A stretch of 64,000 nucleotides of DNA. Origin: an uncultured Actinomycetes bacterium. Its GTDB lineage: Bacteria; Actinomycetota; UBA4738; JBBDTT01. The notes below the pieces were generated by a model. It worked only from the letters and a program-made list of their open reading frames with translations, searched no databases and was not told where the DNA came from. Position 1 is the stretch's first letter. The number at the start of each line of letters is the position of its first letter. A program made the position numbers and the translations under genes. This document shows positions 1 through 9,434 of the stretch, in pieces. The DNA lies in the NCBI GenBank assembly GCA_963742735.1, contig CAVUMN010000003.1:384001-448000 (forward strand). The letters are read 5' to 3'.

Positions 1-583
1 GGAGGGCCGGGCCATCGACACCATCGGCTACCGGGGCATGCATTCCTACGAGGTGGCGTTCGACGACTGGTTCGTGCCGGCCGAGAACCTGGTTGGGGGC
101 GAGGACGGGCTGGGCAAGGGGTTCTACCTGACGATGGAGGGGTTCGAGAACGGCCGGCTCCAGACGGCCGCCCGGGCCGTGGGCGTCATGCAGGCCGCCT
201 TCGAAGCCGCCCGCGACTACGCCCGGGAGCGGGTCGTGTTCGGCCGTCCCATCGCCGAGTACCAGCTCACGAAGTTCAAGCTCGCTCGTATGGCGGCCCT
301 CATCCAGGCGGGGCGGCAGGGCGCCCTCGATGTGGCCCGGCGGATGGCGACGGGCACGGGCACGCTGCAGGCGGCCATGGTCAAGGCCTACGTCTGCCGG
401 GCGGCCGAGTGGGTCACCCGCGAGGCCCAGCAGATCCACGGCGGGATGGGCTACGCCGAGGAGTACGCGGTCAGCCGCTACTTCGTGGACGCCCGGGTCC
501 TGTCGATCTTCGAGGGCGCCGACGAGACCCTCTGCCTTCGCCTGATCGCCCGCCGACTGGCGGAAGACGGCCAGGCGACCTGA
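1..583 (+). CDS. Acyl-CoA dehydrogenase, C-terminal part (5' end outside window)
   Basis: ACAD C-terminal motifs RLQTAARAVG, FGRPIAEYQ, QIHGGMGYAEEY, IFEGADE; frame is open to the window edge. Confidence 0.9.
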   Translation, partial: EGRAIDTIGYRGMHSYEVAFDDWFVPAENLVGGEDGLGKGFYLTMEGFENGRLQTAARAVGVMQAAFEAARDYARERVVFGRPIAEYQLTKFKLARMAALIQAGRQGALDVARRMATGTGTLQAAMVKAYVCRAAEWVTREAQQIHGGMGYAEEYAVSRYFVDARVLSIFEGADETLCLRLIARRLAEDGQAT

Positions 584-602
584 CGACGAACCGGGAGGGA
601 CG

Positions 603-1109
603 ATGGGAGAGGCGAGGCCGTTCGGGCGGTACCTGGAGGACTTCGAGGTCGGCGACGTCTACAAGCACTGGCCGGGCAAGACGATCACCGAGTACGACGA
701 CCACCTCTTCTGCATGATCACGATGAACCACCATCCCCTGCACACCAACGCCCACTTCGCGGAGACCTCGACCCAGTTCAAGCGCAACGTGGTCGTCGGG
801 AACCTCGTCTACTCGCTGGCGCTGGGGATGAGCGTCCCCGACGTATCCGGCAAGGCCATCGCGAACCTGGAGGTCGAGTCGCTCCAGCATCGAGCGCCCT
901 TCTTCCACGGCGACACGCTCTACGCGCAGACGAAGGTCCTGGAGGTGAAGGCGTCCTCGTCGAAGCCCGACCGGGGGATCGTCACCGTCGAGACGCGCGG
1001 GTACAACCAAGACGGGACCGAGGTCCTGTACTTCCGGCGCAAGGTGATGGTGCCCAAGCGCGGGACCGTCGACGAGCAGCCCGGCAGGCCGGAACCGAAG
1101 CCCGAGTAG
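603..1109 (+). CDS. MaoC-family (hotdog fold) dehydratase
   Basis: GRYLEDFEVG, ITMNHHPLH, HGDTLYA motifs; GGGAGG SD upstream; follows acyl-CoA dehydrogenase. Confidence 0.9.
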   Translation: MGEARPFGRYLEDFEVGDVYKHWPGKTITEYDDHLFCMITMNHHPLHTNAHFAETSTQFKRNVVVGNLVYSLALGMSVPDVSGKAIANLEVESLQHRAPFFHGDTLYAQTKVLEVKASSSKPDRGIVTVETRGYNQDGTEVLYFRRKVMVPKRGTVDEQPGRPEPKPE

Positions 1110-1129
1110 CTCCCGTTCGACGGGGGTTT
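1110..1129 (+). terminator. Possible intrinsic terminator after MaoC gene
   Basis: CTCCCGT-TCG-ACGGGGG stem followed by TTT directly after the stop codon; short U tract. Confidence 0.4.
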
Positions 1130-1206
1130 CACGGAGGTCGCCTACGTAGGTCTGCGTATCCGGAAGGGCGAGATGTCTCAAGCCGTCCTCCCCGGGTCAT
1201 ACCTGG

Positions 1207-1398
1207 GTGGTGAGACGCGAAACCCTGTCCGACACGCCCGTGCCCCGGAACGACTGGTCCGGGCCGGCCAACGGCTCCCGGCGACAGTTCCCGGCGCAGC
1301 TCGCCACCCTTCTCCTGGTCGATCCGTTCCCGCTGGCGCGGGCGGGGCTGGCCGGGATCATCCGGCAGGATCCCGAGCTCGGCGTGCCGGGAGAGCTC
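1207..1398 (+). pseudogene. Truncated NarL/LuxR-type receiver-like N-terminus (plus strand)
   Basis: TLLLVDPFPLARAGLAGIIRQDPELGVPGE resembles the beta1-alpha1-beta2 start of NarL receivers; similarity stops at about 1398; start position uncertain. Confidence 0.55.
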
Positions 1399-1510
1399 CA
1401 ACCCGGGGTCGTCCTGGCAGGCCATGCGGATCAGCCCCCGGATGACCTCGTGGTCGTCGACGACCATCACGCGGGTGCGCGGTTCGCTCTCGATGCCGGC
1501 CGTCGGCCAT
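1393..1510 (-). pseudogene. Truncated NarL/LuxR-type response regulator N-terminus (minus strand)
   Basis: RTRVMVVDDHEVIRGLIRMACQDDPGLEL is a canonical receiver start; GGGAGGGG-ATG at 1510 is out of frame with it; similarity stops at about 1393. Confidence 0.7.
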
Positions 1511-1548
1511 CCCCTCCCGTCCTCGGTTCGCCGATTATCCTCGCGCGC

Positions 1549-2232
1549 ATGCCCACCGAGGAAGTGGCGGCGATCGAGGCCGAGGTCGTGGCGTGTGTGC
1601 GCTGCCCCCGGCTGGTGGCCTGGCGCGAGCAGGCGGCCCGGGATCGCCCCCGTCGCTTCGCCGGCGAGACGTACTGGGGGCGGCCCGTCCCGGGGTTCGG
1701 CGACCCACGGGCCCGCGTGTTCGTGGTCGGGCTTGCCCCGGCGGCCCACGGGGGAAACCGCACGGGGCGGGTGTTCACCGGCGACCGATCGGGGGACTGG
1801 CTGTTCGCCTCACTGCACCGGACCGGGTTCGCCAACCAGCCCCGCTCCGAGGGCTCCGGAGACGGGCTGCGCCTGAGCGACCTGTTCGTCGCGGCGGTCG
1901 TGCGCTGCGCGCCGCCCGCCAACAAGCCCCTGCCCGAGGAGCGCGACAACTGTCTGCCCTACCTGGTCCGGGAGCTCGCGGCGCTCGGCGGGGTGCGGGT
2001 GCTGGTCGCCCTCGGTTCCTTCGCGTGGGACGGCGCGCTCCGGGCGCTGGGCGCCCTCGGCCACGCCGCCCGTCCGAAGCCGCGGTTCGGCCACGGGGCC
2101 GAGGCGGACGTCGGCCCGTACACCGTGCTGGGCTCCTATCACCCCAGCCAGCAGAACACCTTCACCGGTGTCCTCACCGAACCGATGACCGACGCGGTCT
2201 TCACCCGAGCCCGCGAGCTCGCCGAGGGGTGA
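1549..2232 (+). CDS. udgB: Uracil-DNA glycosylase family 5 (UdgB, Fe-S)
   Basis: CxxCPRL, YWGRPVPGFGD, GLAPAAHGGNRTGRVFTGD, RCAPPANKP, YHPSQQNT; ATG at 1549 lies 7 nt after TATCCT. Confidence 0.9.
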   Translation: MPTEEVAAIEAEVVACVRCPRLVAWREQAARDRPRRFAGETYWGRPVPGFGDPRARVFVVGLAPAAHGGNRTGRVFTGDRSGDWLFASLHRTGFANQPRSEGSGDGLRLSDLFVAAVVRCAPPANKPLPEERDNCLPYLVRELAALGGVRVLVALGSFAWDGALRALGALGHAARPKPRFGHGAEADVGPYTVLGSYHPSQQNTFTGVLTEPMTDAVFTRARELAEG

Positions 2233-2260
2233 TTCCGCAGGGCGGGCGTATCCTCGCGAC

Positions 2261-4156
2261 ATGCGGGGTGCGCACGGATTTGGGCTGATCCTCGAGGAGA
2301 CCAAGCCGGTCGATCGCAAGACCCTTCGGCGCGTCATCTCGGCGTTCAAGCCGTACAAGGGCAAGGTCGGCATGGTCGCCGCGCTGATCTTCGTGACGGC
2401 GACCATCGGCGTCGTGAACCCGATCCTGATCAAGGTCATCTTCGACACGGCCCTGTTCCCGCCGGGCGGAGAGGTGAACCTGCCGCGGCTGTACTTCCTG
2501 GTCGGGCTGATGGTCGGGATCCCCATCGTGAGCGGCGCCATCGGGGTGTGGCAGACCTACCTGGCGAACATCGTCGGCCAGCGCGTGATGCAGGACTTCC
2601 GCAATGCGCTCTACCGCCACCTGCAGCACATGCCCTTGCGGTTCTTCACCACCGCACGCACCGGGGAGATCCAGTCGCGCATCTCGAACGACGTCGGCGG
2701 CGTGCAGTCGGTCATCACCGACACCGCGTCGAGCATCCTGTCGAACGTCGTCATCCTGATCTCGACGCTCGTGGCGATGGTGATCCTGTCGTGGCAGCTC
2801 ACCGTGCTGTCGCTGTTCATGATGCCGTTCTTCATCTGGTTGACCACGAAGGTCGGCAAGGCCCGCAAGGAGGTCGCCCGCAACACGCAGAAGTCGATGG
2901 CCGAGCTGACGTCGATCACCGAGGAGACGCTCTCGGTGAGCGGCATCCTGCTGTCCAAGGCGTTCGGGCGGCAGCGCTACGAGATCCGCCGGTTCCGGGA
3001 GGAGAACGCGAAGCTCTCGGGCCTTCAGCTGAGGCAGCAGATGATCGGGCGATCGTTCTTCGCCACGATCCAGATCTTCTTCTCGATCACCCCCGCCCTG
3101 GTGTACCTCGTGGCCGGCTGGGTGATCGCCGACCGCGGCCTGGCGGCGTCCGGCATCACCGCCGGGACCATCGTCGCGTTCACCACCCTGCAGAGCCGGC
3201 TGTTCTTCCCGGTGGGGCAGATGCTCCAGGTGACCGTGGAGGTTCAGTCGGCGAGCGCGCTGTTCGAGCGGATCTACGAGTACCTGGACATGCCCCGGGA
3301 GATCGAGGACTCCCCCGACGCACTCGCCCTCGAGCCCGAGCAGGTGGAGGGACGGGTTCGCTTCCGGGGAGTCTCCTTCCGCTACGACACGCCCCCGGAC
3401 GAGGACGTTCCGACCTCACCGGTCCCCCCGAGCGCTCCGGAGGACCGAGGCCGGGAGTGGGCGATCCGCGGCGTGGACCTCGAGATCGAGCCGGGCCAGC
3501 TCGCGGCGCTCGTCGGCGCCAGCGGCGCGGGCAAGACGACCATGACGTACCTCACCCCACGCTTCTACGACGTGCAGGAGGGCTCGGTGGAGATCGACGG
3601 CCACGACGTGCGCGGGCTGAAGCTCGCCTCCATCGGCGAGATCATCGGGATGGTCACCCAGGAGACCTACCTGTTCAACATGACCATCAAGCAGAACCTC
3701 CTGTACGGGAACCCCGACGCCTCTCAGGAGCAGATCGAGGCCGCCGCGAGGGCCGCGTTCATCCACGACCGGATCATGGAGATGCCCGAGGGCTACGAGA
3801 CGGTGGTCGGGGAGCGCGGCTACCGGATGTCCGGCGGCGAGAAGCAGCGCCTGGCCATCGCCCGGGTGATCCTGAAGGACCCGCGCATCCTCATCCTGGA
3901 CGAGGCCACCAGCGCCCTCGACTCGTACTCGGAACGTCTGGTGCAGGAGGCCCTGCAGCCCCTCATGGAGGGTCGCACGACGATCGCGATCGCCCACCGT
4001 CTCTCGACGATCCTGGCCGCCGACGTGATCTTCGTCCTCGACCGGGGGAAGATCGCCGAGCGAGGAACCCACGAGGATCTCCTCGCCCAGGGCGGCGCGT
4101 ACTCGAAGCTCTACCGCGAGCAGTTCAAGTCCGGCGCGCTGCAGACCTCCGGCTAG
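2261..4156 (+). CDS. ABC exporter, fused permease/ATPase (MsbA/MdlB-like)
   Basis: N-terminal TM domain; Walker A GASGAGKT, signature MSGGEKQR, Walker B ILILDEATS. Confidence 0.93.
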   Translation: MRGAHGFGLILEETKPVDRKTLRRVISAFKPYKGKVGMVAALIFVTATIGVVNPILIKVIFDTALFPPGGEVNLPRLYFLVGLMVGIPIVSGAIGVWQTYLANIVGQRVMQDFRNALYRHLQHMPLRFFTTARTGEIQSRISNDVGGVQSVITDTASSILSNVVILISTLVAMVILSWQLTVLSLFMMPFFIWLTTKVGKARKEVARNTQKSMAELTSITEETLSVSGILLSKAFGRQRYEIRRFREENAKLSGLQLRQQMIGRSFFATIQIFFSITPALVYLVAGWVIADRGLAASGITAGTIVAFTTLQSRLFFPVGQMLQVTVEVQSASALFERIYEYLDMPREIEDSPDALALEPEQVEGRVRFRGVSFRYDTPPDEDVPTSPVPPSAPEDRGREWAIRGVDLEIEPGQLAALVGASGAGKTTMTYLTPRFYDVQEGSVEIDGHDVRGLKLASIGEIIGMVTQETYLFNMTIKQNLLYGNPDASQEQIEAAARAAFIHDRIMEMPEGYETVVGERGYRMSGGEKQRLAIARVILKDPRILILDEATSALDSYSERLVQEALQPLMEGRTTIAIAHRLSTILAADVIFVLDRGKIAERGTHEDLLAQGGAYSKLYREQFKSGALQTSG

Positions 4157-5523
4157 GAGATCCGCACCTCGACCCGCCGGTAGTACCCGGGCAGTCCCCC
4201 GAGCGCGTCGTGATGGTCGACGGGCGGGGAGCCACCCAGGTCCACCCTGAACCGAAGGGTTCCGTCCCGGGAGGCGCGGTAGGCCACGATGGCATCGGAG
4301 CTGCTGAGCCGGACGTCGTACCAGCGCCCGGGCCGGTAGGCGGGCGGGGTGCGCACCTCGACGACACCGCCGCCGATCAGGGTCAGTCCCTCCGCGTTCT
4401 CGGCCACCTCCACGAAGTCGTGGACGTCCCGGTCGACCCGGAACCGCCACCCGTAGGCGGCGAACGCCGACTCGGCGCTCCGGTACGTAAAGGTCGCCGG
4501 TGCCCGAGCCCGGCCGGTGAGATGGCTCGCGTGGAACTCCAGCTGCTGTCGGATGAACGGGTAGCGTGAGGCCCAGGAATGGTTCCCCCGCTCCATCTGG
4601 AACTCGTGCTCGTAGCCGAGGGCGTCCAGGCGTGCGTCCATCTCCAGGTTCATCGCCAGGACGGCGGCCTCCAGCCCGAGATCGCTGAACGTCCCCGACG
4701 TCGGCGGCTCGGCGGCCGGCTCGGCGTCGAACACCAGGTGCCGCATCGCCAGCCCGTTTCCGTTCGACGCGAGGTCCAGCGGGTTGTTCGTGCGGTAGTA
4801 CCACTCGTTGGTCACGGGGTCGCCGAAGACGCGGAACGGGTTGCCGAACGGGAAGCCGGGGATGTCCGGGGCCGGCGGGGCCGGCGGCCGCGGAAGCGTC
4901 TCGCCCGTCCAGGGCACGGGCAGGGTCGAGGCGAGGCTGGCCGGAGAGGGGGGCGCGACGAGCACGTTGAGCGCACCGCTGATCGAGCCGACGCTCGCGA
5001 ACCGATCGGGATGCTTCAGGGCGAGCTTCCACGAGCCGAACCCGCCCAGGGACGCGCCGTCGATCCCCGTCCACGCCCGGCCGCGCCGGACCGGGAACCG
5101 TGCCTCCACGAAGGGCATGAGCTCGTCCAGGAACATCGTCTCGTACCGCGGAGGCCCGAAGGCCCCCTCGTTGAACCAGTCCGTCCAGAACCCCGCCGCC
5201 GCCCCGTCGGGCATGACCAGCACGAGCGGAAGCGGCGTCGGCCGGGCCATGAACTCGGCGACGTGGCCGCCGTCGGTCCAGTACGTCCAGTCGCCGCCGA
5301 AGCCGTGCAGTAGGTACAGCACCGCGCACCGGTTCCGCGTCGTGCACTGGGCGGGCACGTAGACGCGGAGACGCTCCCGCTCGCCGCCCAGCGCCGGGCT
5401 GACGAACGAGGTCTCGAACACGCGCCCGGCCGCCAGGGACCGGGCGCCTGCGGGGGGAGCCGGGGCGCTCAGCGCGCCCGCGACCAGGACGAGCGCCATC
5501 AACGACCGAACCGATCGACGCAT
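4153..5523 (-). CDS. Secreted alpha/beta-hydrolase (esterase, antigen-85/FrmB-like) with C-terminal extension
   Basis: Signal peptide, VLYLLHGFGG, LVMPDG, nucleophile elbow GASLGG, GNHSW. Confidence 0.8.
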   Translation of the reverse strand: MRRSVRSLMALVLVAGALSAPAPPAGARSLAAGRVFETSFVSPALGGERERLRVYVPAQCTTRNRCAVLYLLHGFGGDWTYWTDGGHVAEFMARPTPLPLVLVMPDGAAAGFWTDWFNEGAFGPPRYETMFLDELMPFVEARFPVRRGRAWTGIDGASLGGFGSWKLALKHPDRFASVGSISGALNVLVAPPSPASLASTLPVPWTGETLPRPPAPPAPDIPGFPFGNPFRVFGDPVTNEWYYRTNNPLDLASNGNGLAMRHLVFDAEPAAEPPTSGTFSDLGLEAAVLAMNLEMDARLDALGYEHEFQMERGNHSWASRYPFIRQQLEFHASHLTGRARAPATFTYRSAESAFAAYGWRFRVDRDVHDFVEVAENAEGLTLIGGGVVEVRTPPAYRPGRWYDVRLSSSDAIVAYRASRDGTLRFRVDLGGSPPVDHHDALGGLPGYYRRVEVRIS

Positions 5524-5546
5524 GCTCACCAGGTTCGACGGCCGGG

Positions 5547-6038
5547 CTACAGGTCCCTGGCGTAGCTCCGCATACAGAATCCGCTGGGGAAGCTGAAGTC
5601 CTCGCCCCGCACGAACCCGTTGCGCTCATACAGACGTTGCGCCGCGACCATTCGGTCCGTCGTGTTGAGGATCATCCGGACCCGGCCGTTCCGCCGCGCG
5701 TCCTCCATGGCCGCGTCCAGCAGCGCCTGCCCGGCCCCCTTCGTCCGGGCGCCGGGGTCGACCCCCAGCATGCGAAGCCGGGCTTCGTCCGGACGCATCG
5801 GCGGCTCCCCCTTGGAGATCTCGTGGTCGTACTCGACCGTGGCGGTCCCGATGATGCGGTCGTCGACCACGGCGACGAACACGGAGGAGATCGAGTCGCG
5901 TCCGGCGACGTCGGCGATCTCGCCGAGGTAGTCCTCCCAGTCACCGTCGTCGTCGGGAGGGACGTACTCGCGGTAGGCCCCGGACGTGATTCGTCCGGCC
6001 TCCTCGTGCTCCTCGGGACGGACCCGGCGGACCTCCAT
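5547..6038 (-). CDS. GNAT acetyltransferase
   Basis: LRMLGVDPGARTKGAGQALL (motif A), AQRLYERNGF (motif B). Confidence 0.88.
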   Translation of the reverse strand: MEVRRVRPEEHEEAGRITSGAYREYVPPDDDGDWEDYLGEIADVAGRDSISSVFVAVVDDRIIGTATVEYDHEISKGEPPMRPDEARLRMLGVDPGARTKGAGQALLDAAMEDARRNGRVRMILNTTDRMVAAQRLYERNGFVRGEDFSFPSGFCMRSYARDL

Positions 6039-6044
6039 TCGCCG

Positions 6045-6054
6045 AGCATAAGAT
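6045..6054. promoter_or_regulatory. Overlapping divergent -10 elements (leaderless-type) between GNAT and MarR
   Basis: AGCATAAGAT: minus-strand TATGCT 6 nt before ATG 6038 and plus-strand TAAGAT 7 nt before ATG 6062. Confidence 0.6.
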
Positions 6055-6061
6055 GCGACGG

Positions 6062-6481
6062 ATGGCCCATGACGACCTCGGTCGGTTGCTCCTCGGCGCC
6101 TTCCGCGCGTTCGAGGTCGAGGTCGTCGACGCGCTCGCGGAGCGCGAGCTCGACGACCTCCGGCCGTCGTACGCCTCCGTCTACGCGCACATCGCCCCCG
6201 ACGGCACGCGGCTCTCGGACCTGGCCCGCGCCGCGTCGATGACGAAGCAGGGGATGGCCGACATCGTCCGCGAGATGCAGGACGCCGGGCTCGTGCGCCG
6301 GGCGGACGACCCCGAGGACGGACGGGCGGTGCTGGTGGTGCTCACCGCGAAGGGTCGCCGCCGGCTGTCGCAGGCCGCCCGCGCGATCGAGCGCGTGGAG
6401 GGCCGCGTCCGCCGCCGGCTCGGCGAGCGGCGATACGAGGCGCTTCGGACGGCGCTCGACGACCTGGCCTCCCCGGCATGA
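6062..6481 (+). CDS. MarR-family transcriptional regulator
   Basis: wHTH LSDLARAASMTKQGM, DPEDGRAVLVVLTAKG; ATGA overlap with the next gene. Confidence 0.88.
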   Translation: MAHDDLGRLLLGAFRAFEVEVVDALAERELDDLRPSYASVYAHIAPDGTRLSDLARAASMTKQGMADIVREMQDAGLVRRADDPEDGRAVLVVLTAKGRRRLSQAARAIERVEGRVRRRLGERRYEALRTALDDLASPA

Positions 6482-8007
6482 GCCTCGGCCAGCCCCTGGC
6501 CGCCCGGGTCCAGGAGGCGCTCGACCGCGCGGGCCAGGATGCGGTGGTTCGGCGCATCTGGGACCGCGACCACACGGCGTGGTCCCCCGATCCCACGGAG
6601 ATCTCCGACCGGCTCGGTTGGCTCGCTCTGCACGAGACGATGCGGCCCAGACTCGAGGGCATGCGGGCGTTCGCCGCCCGGGCTGTGGGCGACGGTTTCA
6701 ACCACGCCGTGCTGTGCGGGATGGGCGGCTCGAGCCTGGCCCCGGAGGTCCTGGCGCGGATCCTCGGGCCCGCGGACGGCGCCCTGAGTCTGTCGGTCCT
6801 CGACACCACGCACCCCGACGACGTCCTGGCCCTGGAGCGGTCGCTGGACCTGGAGCGGACCCTGTTCCTCCTCTCCAGCAAGTCGGGGACGACGATCGAG
6901 ACCCTCTGTCACCTCGACTACTTCTGGGACCGGGTCCCGCACGGACGCCAGTTCGTGGCGATCACGGATCCGGGCTCGGCGCTGGAGGCCGCGGCCGCGG
7001 ACCGCGAGTTCCGCGAGGTCTTCGCGGGCGACCCGGAGGTCGGGGGGCGGTACTCGGCGCTGTCGCCGTTCGGGCTCGTGCCGGGCGCACTCCTGGGCGC
7101 GGACCTGGACGGGCTGCTGGACGGCGCCGCGGAGATGGCCGCCGCCTGCGGTCCGGGGGTCGCCCCCGCCGACAACCCCGCCGCCCGCCTCGGCGTGGCC
7201 CTCGGGGTCGCGGCCACCATGGGCCGGGACAAGAGCACCCTGGTCGCCGACGACGCCCTGCGGCCGTTCGGCCCGTGGGTCGAGCAGCTCGTGGCCGAGT
7301 CCACCGGCAAGCGCGAGCGGGGGGTCCTGCCGGTCGAGGGCGAGGACCTCGGCCCCCCGGAGATCTACGGGCCCGACCGGCTGTTCGTCGCCTACGCGCA
7401 GGACCCCGGACTCGATCCGCTGGCGACCGCCGGGCATCCGATCGTCTCCATCGAGGGCGGGGCGGCCGACGCACGCAGCCTGGGCGCCGAGTTCTTCCGC
7501 TGGGAGCTGGCGGTGGCGATCGCCGGCTGGGTCCTGGACATCAATCCCTTCGACCAGCCGAACGTCCAGGAGGCGAAGGACGCCACGCGGGCCATCCTCG
7601 ATGCCGGGGACGTGGAGGATCCGGGGTTCGACCGCCTGGAGCCGCTCCTGGACCACATGGCTCCCGGGGACTACCTGGCGATCCACGCGTACCTGCCGCG
7701 CAAGGACGATCTGGAACACCGGCTCCAGGCCGCGCGGATGCGCCTGCGCGACCGGCTCCACTCGGCCACGACGGTCGGGTTCGGACCGCGGTTCCTGCAC
7801 TCCACCGGCCAGTTCCACAAGGGCGGCCCCCCCACCGGGGTGTTCGTGCAGGTCGACGACGAGCCCGTGGAGGACGCCGAGGTCCCCGGCCGGCCGTTCA
7901 CGTTCGGGCGGCTGTTCAGGGCGCAGGCCCTCGGGGATCTGCGGGCGCTCCGCTCGCGTGGCCGGCGGGTGGCCCGGGTCCGTCTGTCCGACCTCGAGTC
8001 GGCGTGA
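6478..8007 (+). CDS. pgi: Glucose-6-phosphate isomerase (type seen in Tal/Pgi fusions, stand-alone here)
   Basis: GMGGSSLAPE, SSKSGTTIET, ITDPGS, VGGRYSALS, EQLVAESTGK, NPFDQPNVQEAK. Confidence 0.88.
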   Translation: MSLGQPLAARVQEALDRAGQDAVVRRIWDRDHTAWSPDPTEISDRLGWLALHETMRPRLEGMRAFAARAVGDGFNHAVLCGMGGSSLAPEVLARILGPADGALSLSVLDTTHPDDVLALERSLDLERTLFLLSSKSGTTIETLCHLDYFWDRVPHGRQFVAITDPGSALEAAAADREFREVFAGDPEVGGRYSALSPFGLVPGALLGADLDGLLDGAAEMAAACGPGVAPADNPAARLGVALGVAATMGRDKSTLVADDALRPFGPWVEQLVAESTGKRERGVLPVEGEDLGPPEIYGPDRLFVAYAQDPGLDPLATAGHPIVSIEGGAADARSLGAEFFRWELAVAIAGWVLDINPFDQPNVQEAKDATRAILDAGDVEDPGFDRLEPLLDHMAPGDYLAIHAYLPRKDDLEHRLQAARMRLRDRLHSATTVGFGPRFLHSTGQFHKGGPPTGVFVQVDDEPVEDAEVPGRPFTFGRLFRAQALGDLRALRSRGRRVARVRLSDLESA

Positions 8008-8684
8008 CGGGCCGGCTGGTCGTCACCGAGGACCTGGCGGGAGAGGCCGTTCGCCGCTTCCTCGAGGCCGCTCCGCGTACGTTCGCGCTGTCGGGCGGCT
8101 CGACTCCGCGTTCCACGTACGAAGCCCTGTCTCGCGCGGACTACGAGTGGGCCGGCGTCCACGCGTTCATGGTCGACGAGCGGTGCGTGCCGCACGGCCA
8201 TCCAGACTCGAACTTCCGGATGGCGTCCGAGGCCCTCCTGGCCCGGGTGCCGGTGGTGGTCCACCCGATGCGCGGAGAGACGTGTGACCCCGCCGCGTAC
8301 GAGGCCGACCTCCGCGCCCATTTCGGCGGCGTCGTCGCGCCGTCCATGGACCTGGTCTTCCTGGGGATCGGCGACGACGGCCACACCGCCTCCCTGTTTC
8401 CGGGAGACCCCGCGCTGGACGAGACCGAGCCGTGGGTGGTTCGGGTGGACCGGCCGGGCATGCCGCCAACGCATCCGCGGCTCACGCTGACGCTCCCGGT
8501 GCTGAACGCGGCGCGGCTGGCGATCTTCCTGGTCTCGGGAGAGTCGAAACGCCGGGCCATGGGCCGGATGATCGGCGGCGACATGAATCTCCCCGCCTCG
8601 CGCGTCTGGCCGGGGGAGGTCGTGGTGCTGGCGACGCCCGACGCGGTGCCGGGCTCGCTAGCCGGTGACACCGCCGACGTGTAG
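8004..8684 (+). CDS. pgl: 6-phosphogluconolactonase
   Basis: ALSGGSTP, DERCVP, SNFRMA, LGIGDDGHTASLFPG, RLTLT; GTGA overlap with pgi. Confidence 0.9.
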   Translation: MTGRLVVTEDLAGEAVRRFLEAAPRTFALSGGSTPRSTYEALSRADYEWAGVHAFMVDERCVPHGHPDSNFRMASEALLARVPVVVHPMRGETCDPAAYEADLRAHFGGVVAPSMDLVFLGIGDDGHTASLFPGDPALDETEPWVVRVDRPGMPPTHPRLTLTLPVLNAARLAIFLVSGESKRRAMGRMIGGDMNLPASRVWPGEVVVLATPDAVPGSLAGDTADV

Positions 8685-9434
8685 GAGCGAGCCGACGCCG
8701 TAGGTCACCCCGGCCGCGGCCCCGCCGATCAGCAGCATCCGCAGCCCGGACCGCACCGCCCCGCGCCCCGTCAGCCTCGACAGCGCGGCGCCCACCCCGA
8801 ACAGCGCGACCGCGCCGACGGCGATTGCGATCTGGATGGCCGGGGCTCCGGAGCTGAACAGGAACGGCAGCAGCGGCGCGGTGGCTCCCAGGGCGAACAT
8901 GACGAACGAGCTGATGGCCGCGCCCCACGGCGAGCCGAGCGACGCCGGGTCCAGCCCGAGCTCCTCTCGGGCGTGGGTCTCCAGGGCGACCTCGGGGTCG
9001 CGCATGACCGCCTCGGTCACCGCCTCGGCGATCTCCTTCGGCATGCCCCGGTCGCGATAGAGGTTGATCAGCTCGCGGCGCTCCTGCTCGGGCATGGTGG
9101 CGATCTCGTGCGCCTCCTGATGGATCAGCCGCTCGAAGAGCTCGCGCTGGACGCGCATGGACAGGTACTCGCCCGCGCCCATCGAGAAGGCTCCCGCGAC
9201 GAGCCCGGCGACGCCCGCCACCAGGATCGCGGTCCGGCCGACGTTCGCGCCGGCCACGCCCATGATCAGCGAGAGGTTCGAGACGAGGCCGTCGTTCACG
9301 CCGAAGATCGCCGCTCGCAGCGCGCCGCTTCGAGACCCGGGCGCGATGCTTGCCTCGTCGACCGGTCCGCGATGGGGAACGATCCGCGGTGGCCGTCGCG
9401 CGTCGAGCAGCCGCGCCATGAGCGAACGGCTCAT
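8658..9434 (-). CDS. VIT1/CCC1-family Fe/Mn transporter
   Basis: LRAAIFGVNDGLVS, AGAFSMGAGEYLS, HAREELG. Confidence 0.92.
   Translation of the reverse strand: MSRSLMARLLDARRPPRIVPHRGPVDEASIAPGSRSGALRAAIFGVNDGLVSNLSLIMGVAGANVGRTAILVAGVAGLVAGAFSMGAGEYLSMRVQRELFERLIHQEAHEIATMPEQERRELINLYRDRGMPKEIAEAVTEAVMRDPEVALETHAREELGLDPASLGSPWGAAISSFVMFALGATAPLLPFLFSSGAPAIQIAIAVGAVALFGVGAALSRLTGRGAVRSGLRMLLIGGAAAGVTYGVGSLLHVGGVTG

Noticed and set aside
1207-2232. 341-aa ORF suggesting a receiver-UdgB fusion
   Set aside because: The middle part is the antisense of another receiver fragment, and UdgB has its own ATG at 1549 behind a -10 box.
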